64,000 nt of DNA, taken from the IMG/VR virus record IMGVR_UViG_3300013004_000034; one strand, 5' to 3'. The position numbers and the translations under genes are program-made. Below, in pieces: positions 1-6,422 of this stretch; position 1 is the first letter of the stretch; each line of letters opens with the position of its first letter. The stretch is from a virus. Its lineage: Duplodnaviria > Heunggongvirae > Uroviricota > Caudoviricetes. Below the pieces are notes generated by a model that was not told where the DNA came from, did no database searches, and saw nothing but the letters and a program-made list of their open reading frames with translations.

Positions 1-69
1 AGGCGCAGGGTGGTAACGATCCACCACTAACCGGCTTATGAGACCAGTAGGAACACCTGTTCCTGCGCC
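1..69 (-). tRNA. partial tRNA-like element, possible tRNA-Met (CAU); the 3' end is cut by the window edge
   Basis: The reverse complement gives acceptor GGCGCAG/CTGCGCC, an anticodon arm with loop CUCAUAA, and T-arm GGTGG-ATCGTTA-CCACC. The D arm is short and atypical, and the CCA would lie beyond position 1. Confidence 0.3.
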
Positions 70-75
70 AAAGTA

Positions 76-151
76 TGGAGCGGGTGGCCGGTAACGCTCC
101 GGTCCTGTCTAGCTTGGAAGGCTAGCGCACATCTATCTATACCACACCCGC
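76..151 (-). tRNA. non-canonical tRNA-Gly(UCC)-like
   Basis: The reverse complement gives acceptor GCGGGTG/CACCCGC with encoded CCA, anticodon arm CTAGC-CTTCCAA-GCTAG, and a 5-bp T stem. The D loop lacks GG and the T loop is AGCGTTA, so the usual T-Psi-C is absent. Confidence 0.4.
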
Positions 152-320
152 AAAATGTACTGGTGTATTTTACTTAGCCCAACCAGTAGGCTCTCCCCTC
201 AATGCTGTTCGTATTAACATTTTCCGGTCTGTTAATACCTACTGGGCACGGGAACTAAATTAGCTGAGCCTCACGTCATTGGCTCGTATGTCGTCTGGAA
301 TTCTCAATAAACGACGTGCG

Positions 321-689
321 CTATGCGCTTCGTATCCAGATCAAACTCTGTGTATATGTAAACTTACCAATTAGAAATTTCTTGGTTGGGTTCTTAGAAT
401 GTAAAAGACCTACGATCTTATGTAGGTTCTTACGAGTCTTTGATTTTGGTAAAAATGCAAATTCCGAATCCCAGTCTCCATAGTATCGGTCGCGAATCTC
501 ATAATCCTCACCCATATAAACCGATCTTTGACCGCGAGGCCTAAGCATATAAATTGGGCCGGAGTATCTCACTGCATCATGATATCTCATCTTCTGCAGA
601 ATTTTCCTGACCTTGATTTGAGTCATACGATCAATTTGCAACATAACAATCTCCATAAAAGTATCAAAAACCAGGGCCCTGGAACCCAT
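321..689 (-). CDS. hypothetical protein
   Basis: 122-aa ORF with no recognisable motif. Confidence 0.3.
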   Translation of the reverse strand: MGSRALVFDTFMEIVMLQIDRMTQIKVRKILQKMRYHDAVRYSGPIYMLRPRGQRSVYMGEDYEIRDRYYGDWDSEFAFLPKSKTRKNLHKIVGLLHSKNPTKKFLIGKFTYTQSLIWIRSA

Positions 690-861
690 AGGTGGATTTA
701 TCGGTTTTACCAGCAGTCAGCTTGAGGTCGGGTTCCCTATTTACACCGACTAGTCTTTGAACTTGGTAGGCGACCCGAGTTTCGATCTCGGTCTAGAACA
801 GTCATCTACTGCTAAAGGGTTTATAAGTCCCTCTCGTGTCCCAACACCGTCGCCTAAAACT

Positions 862-936
862 TGGTGCCTCTTTCCGGAATCGAACCGAATTCTGAGCATT
901 ACAAGTGCCCTGCATCGCCATTTATGCTTAAGAGGC
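862..936 (-). tRNA. tRNA-Thr(UGU)
   Basis: Full cloverleaf on the reverse complement: acceptor GCCTCTT/AAGAGGC, anticodon loop CTTGTAA, T loop TTCGATT, CCA encoded. Confidence 0.7.
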
Positions 937-940
937 ATAG

Positions 941-1015
941 TGGTACTTCCGGTTGGTAACGATCCAACTACCTCTCGCTTATCAAGCAAGCGCTCTACCA
1001 TTGAGCTACGGAAGC
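941..1015 (-). tRNA. tRNA-Ile(GAU)
   Basis: Acceptor GCTTCCG/CGGAAGT (one GU pair), D arm GCTC-AATGGTA-GAGC, anticodon loop TTGATAA, T arm GTTGG-ATCGTTA-CCAAC, CCA encoded. Confidence 0.6.
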
Positions 1016-1022
1016 ATGAAAT

Positions 1023-1097
1023 TGGCTGGGCAGACAGGACTCGAACCTGTAACCGTCCGGTTAACAGCCGGATGCTCTACCATTGAGCTACTACCCA
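1023..1097 (-). tRNA. tRNA-Asn(GUU)
   Basis: Acceptor TGGGTAG/CTGCCCA, D arm GCTC-AATGGTA-GAGC, anticodon loop CTGTTAA, T arm ACAGG-TTCGAGT-CCTGT, discriminator G then CCA. Confidence 0.65.
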
Positions 1098-1103
1098 AGA
1101 AAT

Positions 1104-1178
1104 TGGAAGATCCACCCGGAATTGAACCGGGGTAACAGGATTTGCAGTCCCGTGCCTAAGCCATTCGACCATGGATCT
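1104..1178 (-). tRNA. tRNA-Cys(GCA)
   Basis: Acceptor AGATCCA/TGGATCT, anticodon arm CGGGA-CTGCAAA-TCCTG, T arm CCCGG-TTCAATT-CCGGG, CCA encoded. The D stem is weak, at 3 bp. Confidence 0.5.
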
Positions 1179-1183
1179 AAAAT

Positions 1184-1258
1184 TGGTGGGATGGGGGAAT
1201 TTCGAAATCCCGACCCGCTGGTTAAGAGCCAGCCGCTCTGCCTCTGAGCTACCATCCC
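1184..1258 (-). tRNA. tRNA-Lys(CUU)-like
   Basis: Acceptor GGGATGG/CCATCCC, a perfect anticodon arm GCTGG-CTCTTAA-CCAGC, and CCA encoded. The T stem has a U53-U61 mismatch, so it may be atypical or a pseudo-tRNA. Confidence 0.45.
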
Positions 1259-1290
1259 ATAAACTTATTTATCATCCGCTCTATGAGATC

Positions 1291-1319
1291 ATATTACCAT
1301 ATTTGAGGTTCTATGTCAA
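1291..1319 (-). promoter_or_regulatory. sigma70-type promoter internal to the tRNA array
   Basis: Minus strand reads TTGACA, a 17-nt spacer, then TAATAT. Confidence 0.45.
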
Positions 1320-1344
1320 CCAAAGAGTTAGTAACCTAGAAGAT

Positions 1345-1419
1345 TGGAGGACCCTCTGGGGATCGAACCCAGGACGTACCGATTAAAAGTCGGTTGTTCT
1401 ACCACTGAACTAAGGGTCC
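1345..1419 (-). tRNA. tRNA-Lys(UUU)
   Basis: Acceptor GGACCCT/AGGGTCC, D arm GTTC-AGTGGTA-GAAC, anticodon arm ACCGA-CTTTTAA-TCGGT, T arm CTGGG-TTCGATC-CCCAG, CCA encoded. Confidence 0.7.
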
Positions 1420-1423
1420 GCAA

Positions 1424-1499
1424 TGGTGACCCCATCGGGGATCGAACCCGATTCTCCGGTTTGAGAGACCGGGATTCTAACCAAATAAACTATGGGGTC
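1424..1499 (-). tRNA. tRNA-Glu(CUC)
   Basis: Acceptor GACCCCA/TGGGGTC, anticodon arm CCGGT-CTCTCAA-ACCGG, T arm TCGGG-TTCGATC-CCCGA, CCA encoded. The D stem has two GU pairs. Confidence 0.5.
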
Positions 1500-1525
1500 G
1501 TGATAATTTGTAATCTACTATGGCT

Positions 1526-1693
1526 TTAACCTTTCCAGTGAAAGCCGGTGATAGGGCTAAAGTAGCCAATCTCTCGGCCGTCAGGCTGGAGAAGTATTGC
1601 CTCAAAACAAGCACGCTTCATATGATTAGTAGCCGCATCCACAGATTGGAAAGACTTGGTATAAGCAAAGTTTGTAAAGCTTACCAGGTACAT
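1526..1693 (-). CDS. small early ORF (55 aa), not in the ORF track
   Basis: An ATG sits directly after the leader GGTCATATCAACAGAGGGA, which follows a consensus promoter. The RBS is GAGGGAA. Confidence 0.3.
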   Translation of the reverse strand: MYLVSFTNFAYTKSFQSVDAATNHMKRACFEAILLQPDGREIGYFSPITGFHWKG

Positions 1694-1720
1694 TGTCTGA
1701 TTCCCTCTGTTGATATGACC

Positions 1721-1749
1721 ATTATAACCGGTCTAGGTCACTTTGTCAA
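1721..1749 (-). promoter_or_regulatory. consensus sigma70-type early promoter
   Basis: Minus strand reads TTGACA-17-TATAAT. It is followed by the leader GGTCATATCAACAGAGGGA, which is shared with the promoter at 2034..2062. Confidence 0.6.
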
Positions 1750-1822
1750 CGGTAGATTTGTTAACTTTTTGTAACCTAGACCGTATACAAGATACCATAT
1801 TCAATTGTCAAAGAGCAAGAAC

Positions 1823-2005
1823 TCAGACTTCCTTAATTCCGTTACAGGAGGCTTTCAGACTCAGAAGAAAGGACGAGTCAGCCTTGAAGAGAGCATGGTC
1901 GATAGCATCATTCTCAGTGTATGCAGTAACCTCGACCAGGAAGAGACCGATAAACTTACCGGATTGACGGTCAGAGATAGCAATCTCAACTTCGAAGTTT
2001 CGCAT
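1823..2005 (-). CDS. small early ORF (60 aa, MRNFEVEIAISD...)
   Basis: Uses the same promoter-leader as 1526..1693. The likely start is the ATG after GAGGGATACGACGAG, and the track ORF extends upstream in the same frame. Confidence 0.35.
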   Translation of the reverse strand: MRNFEVEIAISDRQSGKFIGLFLVEVTAYTENDAIDHALFKADSSFLLSLKASCNGIKEV

Positions 2006-2033
2006 CTCGTCGTATCCCTCTGTTGATATGACC

Positions 2034-2062
2034 ATTATACCAGGATTGTAGGAGGCTGTCAA
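2034..2062 (-). promoter_or_regulatory. consensus sigma70-type early promoter with an upstream palindrome
   Basis: Minus strand reads TTGACA-17-TATAAT. The palindrome ATTACAAATTTGTAAT at 2073..2088 lies just upstream of the -35. Confidence 0.6.
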
Positions 2063-2111
2063 CGGTAGTTTTATTACAAATTTGTAATCTAAGATACTGT
2101 ATACAAAGCGG

Positions 2112-2184
2112 CGAAGGTGGTAGGAGTCGAACCTTCGCCTGCGGTTTTGGAGACCGCCGTGCTACCGTAACACTTCACCGACGC
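2112..2184 (-). tRNA. tRNA-like element, possible degenerate tRNA-Trp(CCA)
   Basis: Anticodon arm GCGGT-CTCCAAA-ACCGC, D arm GTGT-TACGGTA-GCAC and T loop TTCGACT are present. The acceptor pairing is poor, and an 8-bp helix GGCGAAGG/CCTTCGCC competes with it. Confidence 0.3.
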
Positions 2185-2198
2185 AAACTATGCCTTAT

Positions 2199-3635
2199 TT
2201 AGGCATAGCGCTCATGCATGATAGTCTTCATCATAACACCCGTTGGAGTCATATCTTCCATGTCTCCTGAGAGCACGGACTTCAAGATCGAAGGGCTAAA
2301 GCCGGAGACCAAAGCAACTCCACGCTCATTGAACTTCACCGGCACATTGCTAGCTGCCATGATGTTCCAGAACACAATATTCGGAACAGTATAGCCAGCA
2401 GTTTCGTACTTACGGCGAATCATCTGCATTGCAGTATCATCAAAGCGAGTGCACTGGTCAAACTGCATGTCAGACATGATCAGCAGAGTAGCAGGCATCT
2501 CGGACTGAGGTACATCACCCTTGATTGCAACGTCAAGAATCTTCTCAAACGCAGCATGAAGATTGGTATTCATCTCCCACTTCGAAGTTACCATCTGCTG
2601 CACCTTCTGCAGGATATCACCCTTCAGATGCAAAAGCTGAGGGGAAGAAGAGAAGGTCAGGAATGTATCCTTGAACTTGCCCTTGTTCTTATCAGCACAG
2701 TACAGACCAAGGCTGACAGCTACGTCCATTGCGGTAGTCTTACCACCTGCAACACCAGCACCCATTGAGCCAGAGACGTCAACAAGAGCCAACACGTTAG
2801 CATCACCAACGTAGTTAGGCAGAGCATCCCACTGAGCCTTAACGACATCAAGTTCAGTCTTGTTATAGTCTGAACGCCAAGCGTAGTTGCTGACACCCTT
2901 CAGGACGTCATACGGATAAACTGCACCAGCGTTAACCTTTACAGTCTTGTCGCCCTTGACCAGCTTATCAACCCACTCCTTATACTTCGGAGTGTGGCGG
3001 TTGAAGGCCTTCTTATAACGGCTAGCCGCTACAGACGGAACATGAGAGAAGTTGATCTCATCCCAGTTCTTGGCACACATCTGAGTCTCAACAACCTTAG
3101 ATGCAGTGACAAGGGTCTTGCGGTACTGCTTAGGGCTCATGCCGAGCTTATTGCGCAGCTTGACAGCCATAGCACCCTTACGCGGGGTCCACTTGGCACA
3201 CAGACCATCATTGGCCATCAGTGCACGGCCGATCTTGGATGCAACAACATTCTGAATGTCTTCATCTACATCGTCCTCAAGCAGAACCAGAAGGTCATCC
3301 CAACGGCCGAGCTCAGGAGTCTTGTCAATGAGTCGAGTCAGCTCATGACCCATCAGATTCTTTGCTGCATGACGAAGAACCTTACGGTAGATCTCACGCT
3401 CACCTGCACCATTGCGGGCATCACGAGCCCAGAGTGCAATACGAGTGGCAATCTCGGCATCCTCAACAAATGCCGCCGTAAACGCAGGAATAGGATCCTG
3501 TCCACGCAGAGCGCCAATCTTGAAGAAGAGGTCTACGCATGCAGACGCGGTAGAAGCACGAGCCTTCATACCATTCTGAGTTCTGGAATCTTGGTTGATA
3601 ACGGCATTTACGAACGTATTCATCATAATCTCCAT
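2199..3635 (-). CDS. Ro60/TROVE-family protein with a C-terminal vWA (MIDAS) domain, Rsr-like
   Basis: The C-terminal ~190 aa align motif-by-motif to the Ro60 vWA domain: VDVSGSM/DVSASM, TFLTFSSSP, IMSDMQF/FTDNETF, GVALVSGFSPSILKSV/GMLDMCGFDTGALDVI. The N-terminus is alpha-helical and TROVE-like. The real start may be the internal Met at 3623. Confidence 0.65.
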   Translation of the reverse strand: MEIMMNTFVNAVINQDSRTQNGMKARASTASACVDLFFKIGALRGQDPIPAFTAAFVEDAEIATRIALWARDARNGAGEREIYRKVLRHAAKNLMGHELTRLIDKTPELGRWDDLLVLLEDDVDEDIQNVVASKIGRALMANDGLCAKWTPRKGAMAVKLRNKLGMSPKQYRKTLVTASKVVETQMCAKNWDEINFSHVPSVAASRYKKAFNRHTPKYKEWVDKLVKGDKTVKVNAGAVYPYDVLKGVSNYAWRSDYNKTELDVVKAQWDALPNYVGDANVLALVDVSGSMGAGVAGGKTTAMDVAVSLGLYCADKNKGKFKDTFLTFSSSPQLLHLKGDILQKVQQMVTSKWEMNTNLHAAFEKILDVAIKGDVPQSEMPATLLIMSDMQFDQCTRFDDTAMQMIRRKYETAGYTVPNIVFWNIMAASNVPVKFNERGVALVSGFSPSILKSVLSGDMEDMTPTGVMMKTIMHERYA

Positions 3636-3743
3636 AATGTTTAACAGGTTGGACTTGGTTGCTATATCAAAGCTTTAGATGCTGAACCCAACCTAGGGTT
3701 ATAACAGGATCGTTTTTTGCCCCCTCGGGCAGCTGCCAGGTCT

Positions 3744-3775
3744 TGGTTGGCAATGTTGGAGTCGAACCAACTAAA
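3744..3775 (-). ncRNA. isolated T-arm plus acceptor 3' strand plus CCA element (tRNA-like fragment)
   Basis: The reverse complement reads GTTGG-TTCGACT-CCAAC ATTGCCA A CCA. No matching 5' acceptor or canonical anticodon arm lies upstream. Confidence 0.3.
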
Positions 3776-3945
3776 AGGTTTTGCTGAACCGATCCTAGAA
3801 CTAATAAAGTAACAGAGTGGCTCCTACTTCTTTTTTAGCCTTGAGAAATCGAAGAACAAGGTTGTTGGTTTTGCCGAAGCTCCCCAACTGTTCTGGATGC
3901 GCTTGTAGGCGCGACGGTGTTGCTGTAACCACTCTAATATTAGAC

Positions 3946-4037
3946 AGGAAGCCTATAGTGCGGATTTGAACCGCTCCTATCGCGTTGAAGGCGATTGCTC
4001 TACCATTGAGTTAGATATGGTTTGCTGCAAGCTTCCT
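3946..4037 (-). ncRNA. tRNA-like cloverleaf module inside an extended terminal stem; candidate Y-RNA-like or pseudo-tRNA with an opal-reading UCA loop
   Basis: Contains D arm ACTC-AATGGTA-GAGC, a perfect anticodon-type arm ATCGC-CTTCAAC-GCGAT (anticodon UCA) and T arm GCGG-TTCAAAT-CCGC. There is no canonical acceptor stem. Instead a 7-bp terminal stem AGGAAGC/GCTTCCT encloses the module. Confidence 0.35.
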
Positions 4038-4159
4038 AAAACTTGTCGGGATCGTTTTGGTCCGCTAAGACTTACAGGGTTTAGCGTTTTTTGTTTGCTG
4101 AACCGATCCTAATAGTCGGGAATGAGGCTTAGTGAGTGTCTCATTCAATTTATAGGTTG

Positions 4160-4188
4160 ACTATATATCAAATTCCTTGATTTGTCAA
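4160..4188 (-). promoter_or_regulatory. sigma70-type promoter inside the ncRNA region
   Basis: Minus strand reads TTGACA, a 17-nt spacer, then TATAGT. Confidence 0.5.
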
Positions 4189-4237
4189 CCCACTTTTTAC
4201 ATCTGGAGCAGCTTTTTATGGTATAAAGCGCAAAAAT

Positions 4238-4313
4238 TGGTACCCGCTACGGGACTCGAACCCGTCCTGTAAAGATTTTAAGTCTTTTGCCTCTGCCGGT
4301 GGGCTAAGCGGGC
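4238..4313 (-). tRNA. tRNA with anticodon UAA (Leu-reading) but type-I architecture (5-nt variable loop)
   Basis: Acceptor GCCCGCT/AGCGGGT, anticodon arm AAAGA-CTTAAAA-TCTTT, T arm ACGGG-TTCGAGT-CCCGT, discriminator A, CCA encoded. Confidence 0.5.
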
Positions 4314-4314
4314 T

Positions 4315-4391
4315 TGGTAGTCACGGTCGGATTCGAACCGACACTTAACAGATTTTGAATCTGCCGCCTCTGCCAGTTGGGCTACGCGACC
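4315..4391 (-). tRNA. tRNA with anticodon CAA (Leu-reading), type-I architecture; paralog of 4238..4313
   Basis: Acceptor GGTCGCG/CGTGACT with two GU pairs, anticodon arm GCAGA-TTCAAAA-TCTGT, T arm GTCGG-TTCGAAT-CCGAC, discriminator A, CCA encoded. It shares the D-arm sequence GCCC..GGCAGAGG with its neighbour. Confidence 0.45.
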
Positions 4392-4399
4392 ATATTTCC

Positions 4400-4873
4400 T
4401 TATAGAGTATTTATATCATATATGTAGTTGTCTGTCAACTCATTTTCGCAAAAAAGTTTGGCACCGTTAGTAAGATGGAACTTACGAGCCATGGCAGTCT
4501 TAGGGCTGAGAGTACAGGCTACTTTAGTATACGGTCTTGTTGCTTTGATGTGCCGCAGTGTCTTGTTTAAGACTTCGCGTCCAGCTCCTGAAACATTGCT
4601 CCAGACCGTGTAAAAGCATGCTACATTTTGACGCGAGACGTCTACAAAGAGATCATCTTCAATTGTAGGAATATCATCTAGATAAGCAACGCATGTAACT
4701 GCACGCACAAAATAATTTTCGCTGAGCAAAAAGTACTCACGATTATGAGCCACTCTTTGCCATGCTGGGATATGAGGTCTGACAGGATCACCTATCAAAC
4801 ACCCTTCCCAGCAAGATCTAAAGTCACGTACTACAGTCAGTTGATGCATTGGCGGTTTCCGTTCTAAACACAT
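4400..4873 (-). CDS. hypothetical protein (weak GNAT-like pattern)
   Basis: 157-aa ORF. The pattern VSGAGREV ... ARKFHLTNGAKL is loosely acetyltransferase-like. Confidence 0.3.
   Translation of the reverse strand: MCLERKPPMHQLTVVRDFRSCWEGCLIGDPVRPHIPAWQRVAHNREYFLLSENYFVRAVTCVAYLDDIPTIEDDLFVDVSRQNVACFYTVWSNVSGAGREVLNKTLRHIKATRPYTKVACTLSPKTAMARKFHLTNGAKLFCENELTDNYIYDINTL
4410..4438 (-). promoter_or_regulatory. sigma70-type promoter driving the tRNA/ncRNA/Ro60 transcription unit
   Basis: Minus strand reads TTGACA-17-TATAAA, about 20 nt upstream of the first tRNA. Confidence 0.5.
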
Positions 4874-5123
4874 TCTCTGATGTATCTATCGGTTCTCCAC
4901 CAAAGAACTTAATGACTATACGAAGTGCACTGGCATAATTCTCATAATGAGTAATAGTGTCGATGTGATGCTGTGCATCCTCACAGCTCTTATCCATTAC
5001 AGCAATGGACTCAAATTCTAGAACTGACGTACAGGCATCGAGTGCTGCCTGACAATGCTTGACTACAATTTCGTCAAGTTGCTCATCATCTACCTTTACG
5101 TAGAGGTTTCCATTAATTTCCAT
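4824..5123 (-). CDS. hypothetical protein
   Basis: 99-aa ORF in the operon context. Confidence 0.3.
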   Translation of the reverse strand: MEINGNLYVKVDDEQLDEIVVKHCQAALDACTSVLEFESIAVMDKSCEDAQHHIDTITHYENYASALRIVIKFFGGEPIDTSENVFRTETANASTDCST

Positions 5124-5332
5124 TATTCATTCTTTCCTAGAATGTCAATACGCTTACATTCAAGACATGCAGCATAGCCACACGACCTGAGGAAGTCTTC
5201 AAACTTACCAATCACATCATAAACAGATAGATCGGCGCCTTGCATTTGAATATTAACACGGTCTACAATAGGAATGCCGGACTCCGATATACTAGTCGGA
5301 GCATACATCTCAAAGGTAAAGTGCTGTTGCAT
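5123..5332 (-). CDS. hypothetical protein
   Basis: 69-aa ORF. Confidence 0.25.
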   Translation of the reverse strand: MQQHFTFEMYAPTSISESGIPIVDRVNIQMQGADLSVYDVIGKFEDFLRSCGYAACLECKRIDILGKNE

Positions 5333-5336
5333 TATA

Positions 5337-6368
5337 TCACTCCTCGTTCTTCAGTAGCCAGCGATTACTAATAATCTTGAAGCTAGTGTCATTAGCCATA
5401 TTCTTGTACACCATTCCTTCGCGAGGCGGCTTCTTACCAATTAGAGACTGGCCATCGGCCGATGCAATTAGTGCATTAACGTCAGAAGTGCCAGTCGTTC
5501 CGGTAGCAAGCACAGGAACATGATTGAAGGCAAAGGCCTTGCAAAACTTACGGCGCTCATCGGGAGTCAGGTAGCAAGACTTGTTGATATCCCAGACATC
5601 AAAGACAAAGAAGTCGGTGGCATCAAGACCATACTTATTGCCCTGAATACCAGGGCCAATCAGCTCGCCCTGCAGAGCAAAACCTGCAGGAAGGCGCTGG
5701 TCGATATCTTCACGACGAACAGCCTGCCAGAATGCATTGCCTTCGGTCTCTTCCAGATCATAGTTACGAGAGCAGACACCGGTCACATCATTGTGCCGAT
5801 AAACCGTCATCGAAGAGCCATCAAGCTTCTCGGTAACTTCCCACCGAGCGCCTTCCTCTTCCCAACGACGGATGTCCTTAGTAAGATTCTGAACGCGTTC
5901 CTGATCAGTCTTGCGCAGGAAGCTAGGGAAATTACCCTTGACTACACCGGCAAGAGAACCATGAATGGGCTTTTCGTACTTCTGAATCTGAAGATACTCG
6001 GTCAGATCATCACCCTCTACAAGATAGTCAATATCACAAATGTACGAGTTGGAATCCCGTTCATCAAATGTGGCTACAGCAGACACCGGGAGCAGAAGTC
6101 CCTGGCTGATCTGCTTACAAAGCTTAATTGTTCGCAGACGTTCACCCTCAACTCCGTTGTACGTACGGCCACGGTTCAGGAAAGGCGCAATAGCCTTTGG
6201 AATCCAAGAGTCAATCTCAAAGTACACAGCCAGATCACCGACCTGGAAGTCGCCCTTCTTGACTACAACCTTCCATCCGTCAACCGTAGCTACGTCAATA
6301 GCATCAGCATCAGGGATGGGCTGAATGTCCGCAACGCGACGGACGGTAGCAAGCTTACGATCAGACAT
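5337..6368 (-). CDS. ATP-dependent RNA ligase-like nucleotidyltransferase with an N-terminal OB / tRNA-binding-like domain
   Basis: Covalent nucleotidyltransferase motifs are present: I TEKLDGSS, IV EGMVYK, V FKIISNRWLLK. The N-terminus (ADIQPIPDADAIDVATVDGWKVVVKKGDFQVGDLAVYFE) resembles a Trbp111/EMAP-type tRNA-binding fold. A promoter lies at 6394..6422. Confidence 0.55.
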   Translation of the reverse strand: MSDRKLATVRRVADIQPIPDADAIDVATVDGWKVVVKKGDFQVGDLAVYFEIDSWIPKAIAPFLNRGRTYNGVEGERLRTIKLCKQISQGLLLPVSAVATFDERDSNSYICDIDYLVEGDDLTEYLQIQKYEKPIHGSLAGVVKGNFPSFLRKTDQERVQNLTKDIRRWEEEGARWEVTEKLDGSSMTVYRHNDVTGVCSRNYDLEETEGNAFWQAVRREDIDQRLPAGFALQGELIGPGIQGNKYGLDATDFFVFDVWDINKSCYLTPDERRKFCKAFAFNHVPVLATGTTGTSDVNALIASADGQSLIGKKPPREGMVYKNMANDTSFKIISNRWLLKNEE

Positions 6369-6393
6369 ATCAATTCCTTTCCTTATAGCCTCA

Positions 6394-6422
6394 TTATACC
6401 AGGCTGGTAGGCGGCTGTCAAC
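6394..6422 (-). promoter_or_regulatory. consensus sigma70-type early promoter with an upstream palindrome
   Basis: Minus strand reads TTGACA-17-TATAAT. The palindrome ATTACAAATTTGTAAT lies at 6432..6447. Confidence 0.6.

Noticed and set aside
750-1529. ORF-track reading frames of 60-109 aa overlapping the tRNA array (750..1001, 757..1086, 953..1135, 1171..1386, 1344..1529)
   Set aside because: They lie entirely over well-formed minus-strand tRNA genes and have no RBS or coding signal. These are spurious frames through structured RNA.
2112-2184. Calling this a confident tRNA-Trp
   Set aside because: The anticodon arm, D arm and T loop are tRNA-like, but no 7-bp acceptor pairing could be found, and an alternative 8-bp helix competes. 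It is kept as a low-confidence tRNA-like element.
2994-3644. Long antisense ORFs opposite large minus-strand genes (for example 2994..3644, 5520..6410, 21762..22634, 53829..54578, 51592..51972)
   Set aside because: They overlap confidently assigned genes on the other strand (Ro60-like, RNA ligase, DNA ligase, fibers), and their low-complexity translations are typical of the reverse frame of biased coding sequence.
3716-3745. Intrinsic terminator at the hairpin GCCCCCTCGGGC next to a T-run
   Set aside because: In the plus sense the T-run precedes the hairpin. In the minus sense the hairpin is followed by A's. Neither orientation gives a hairpin followed by a U-tract.
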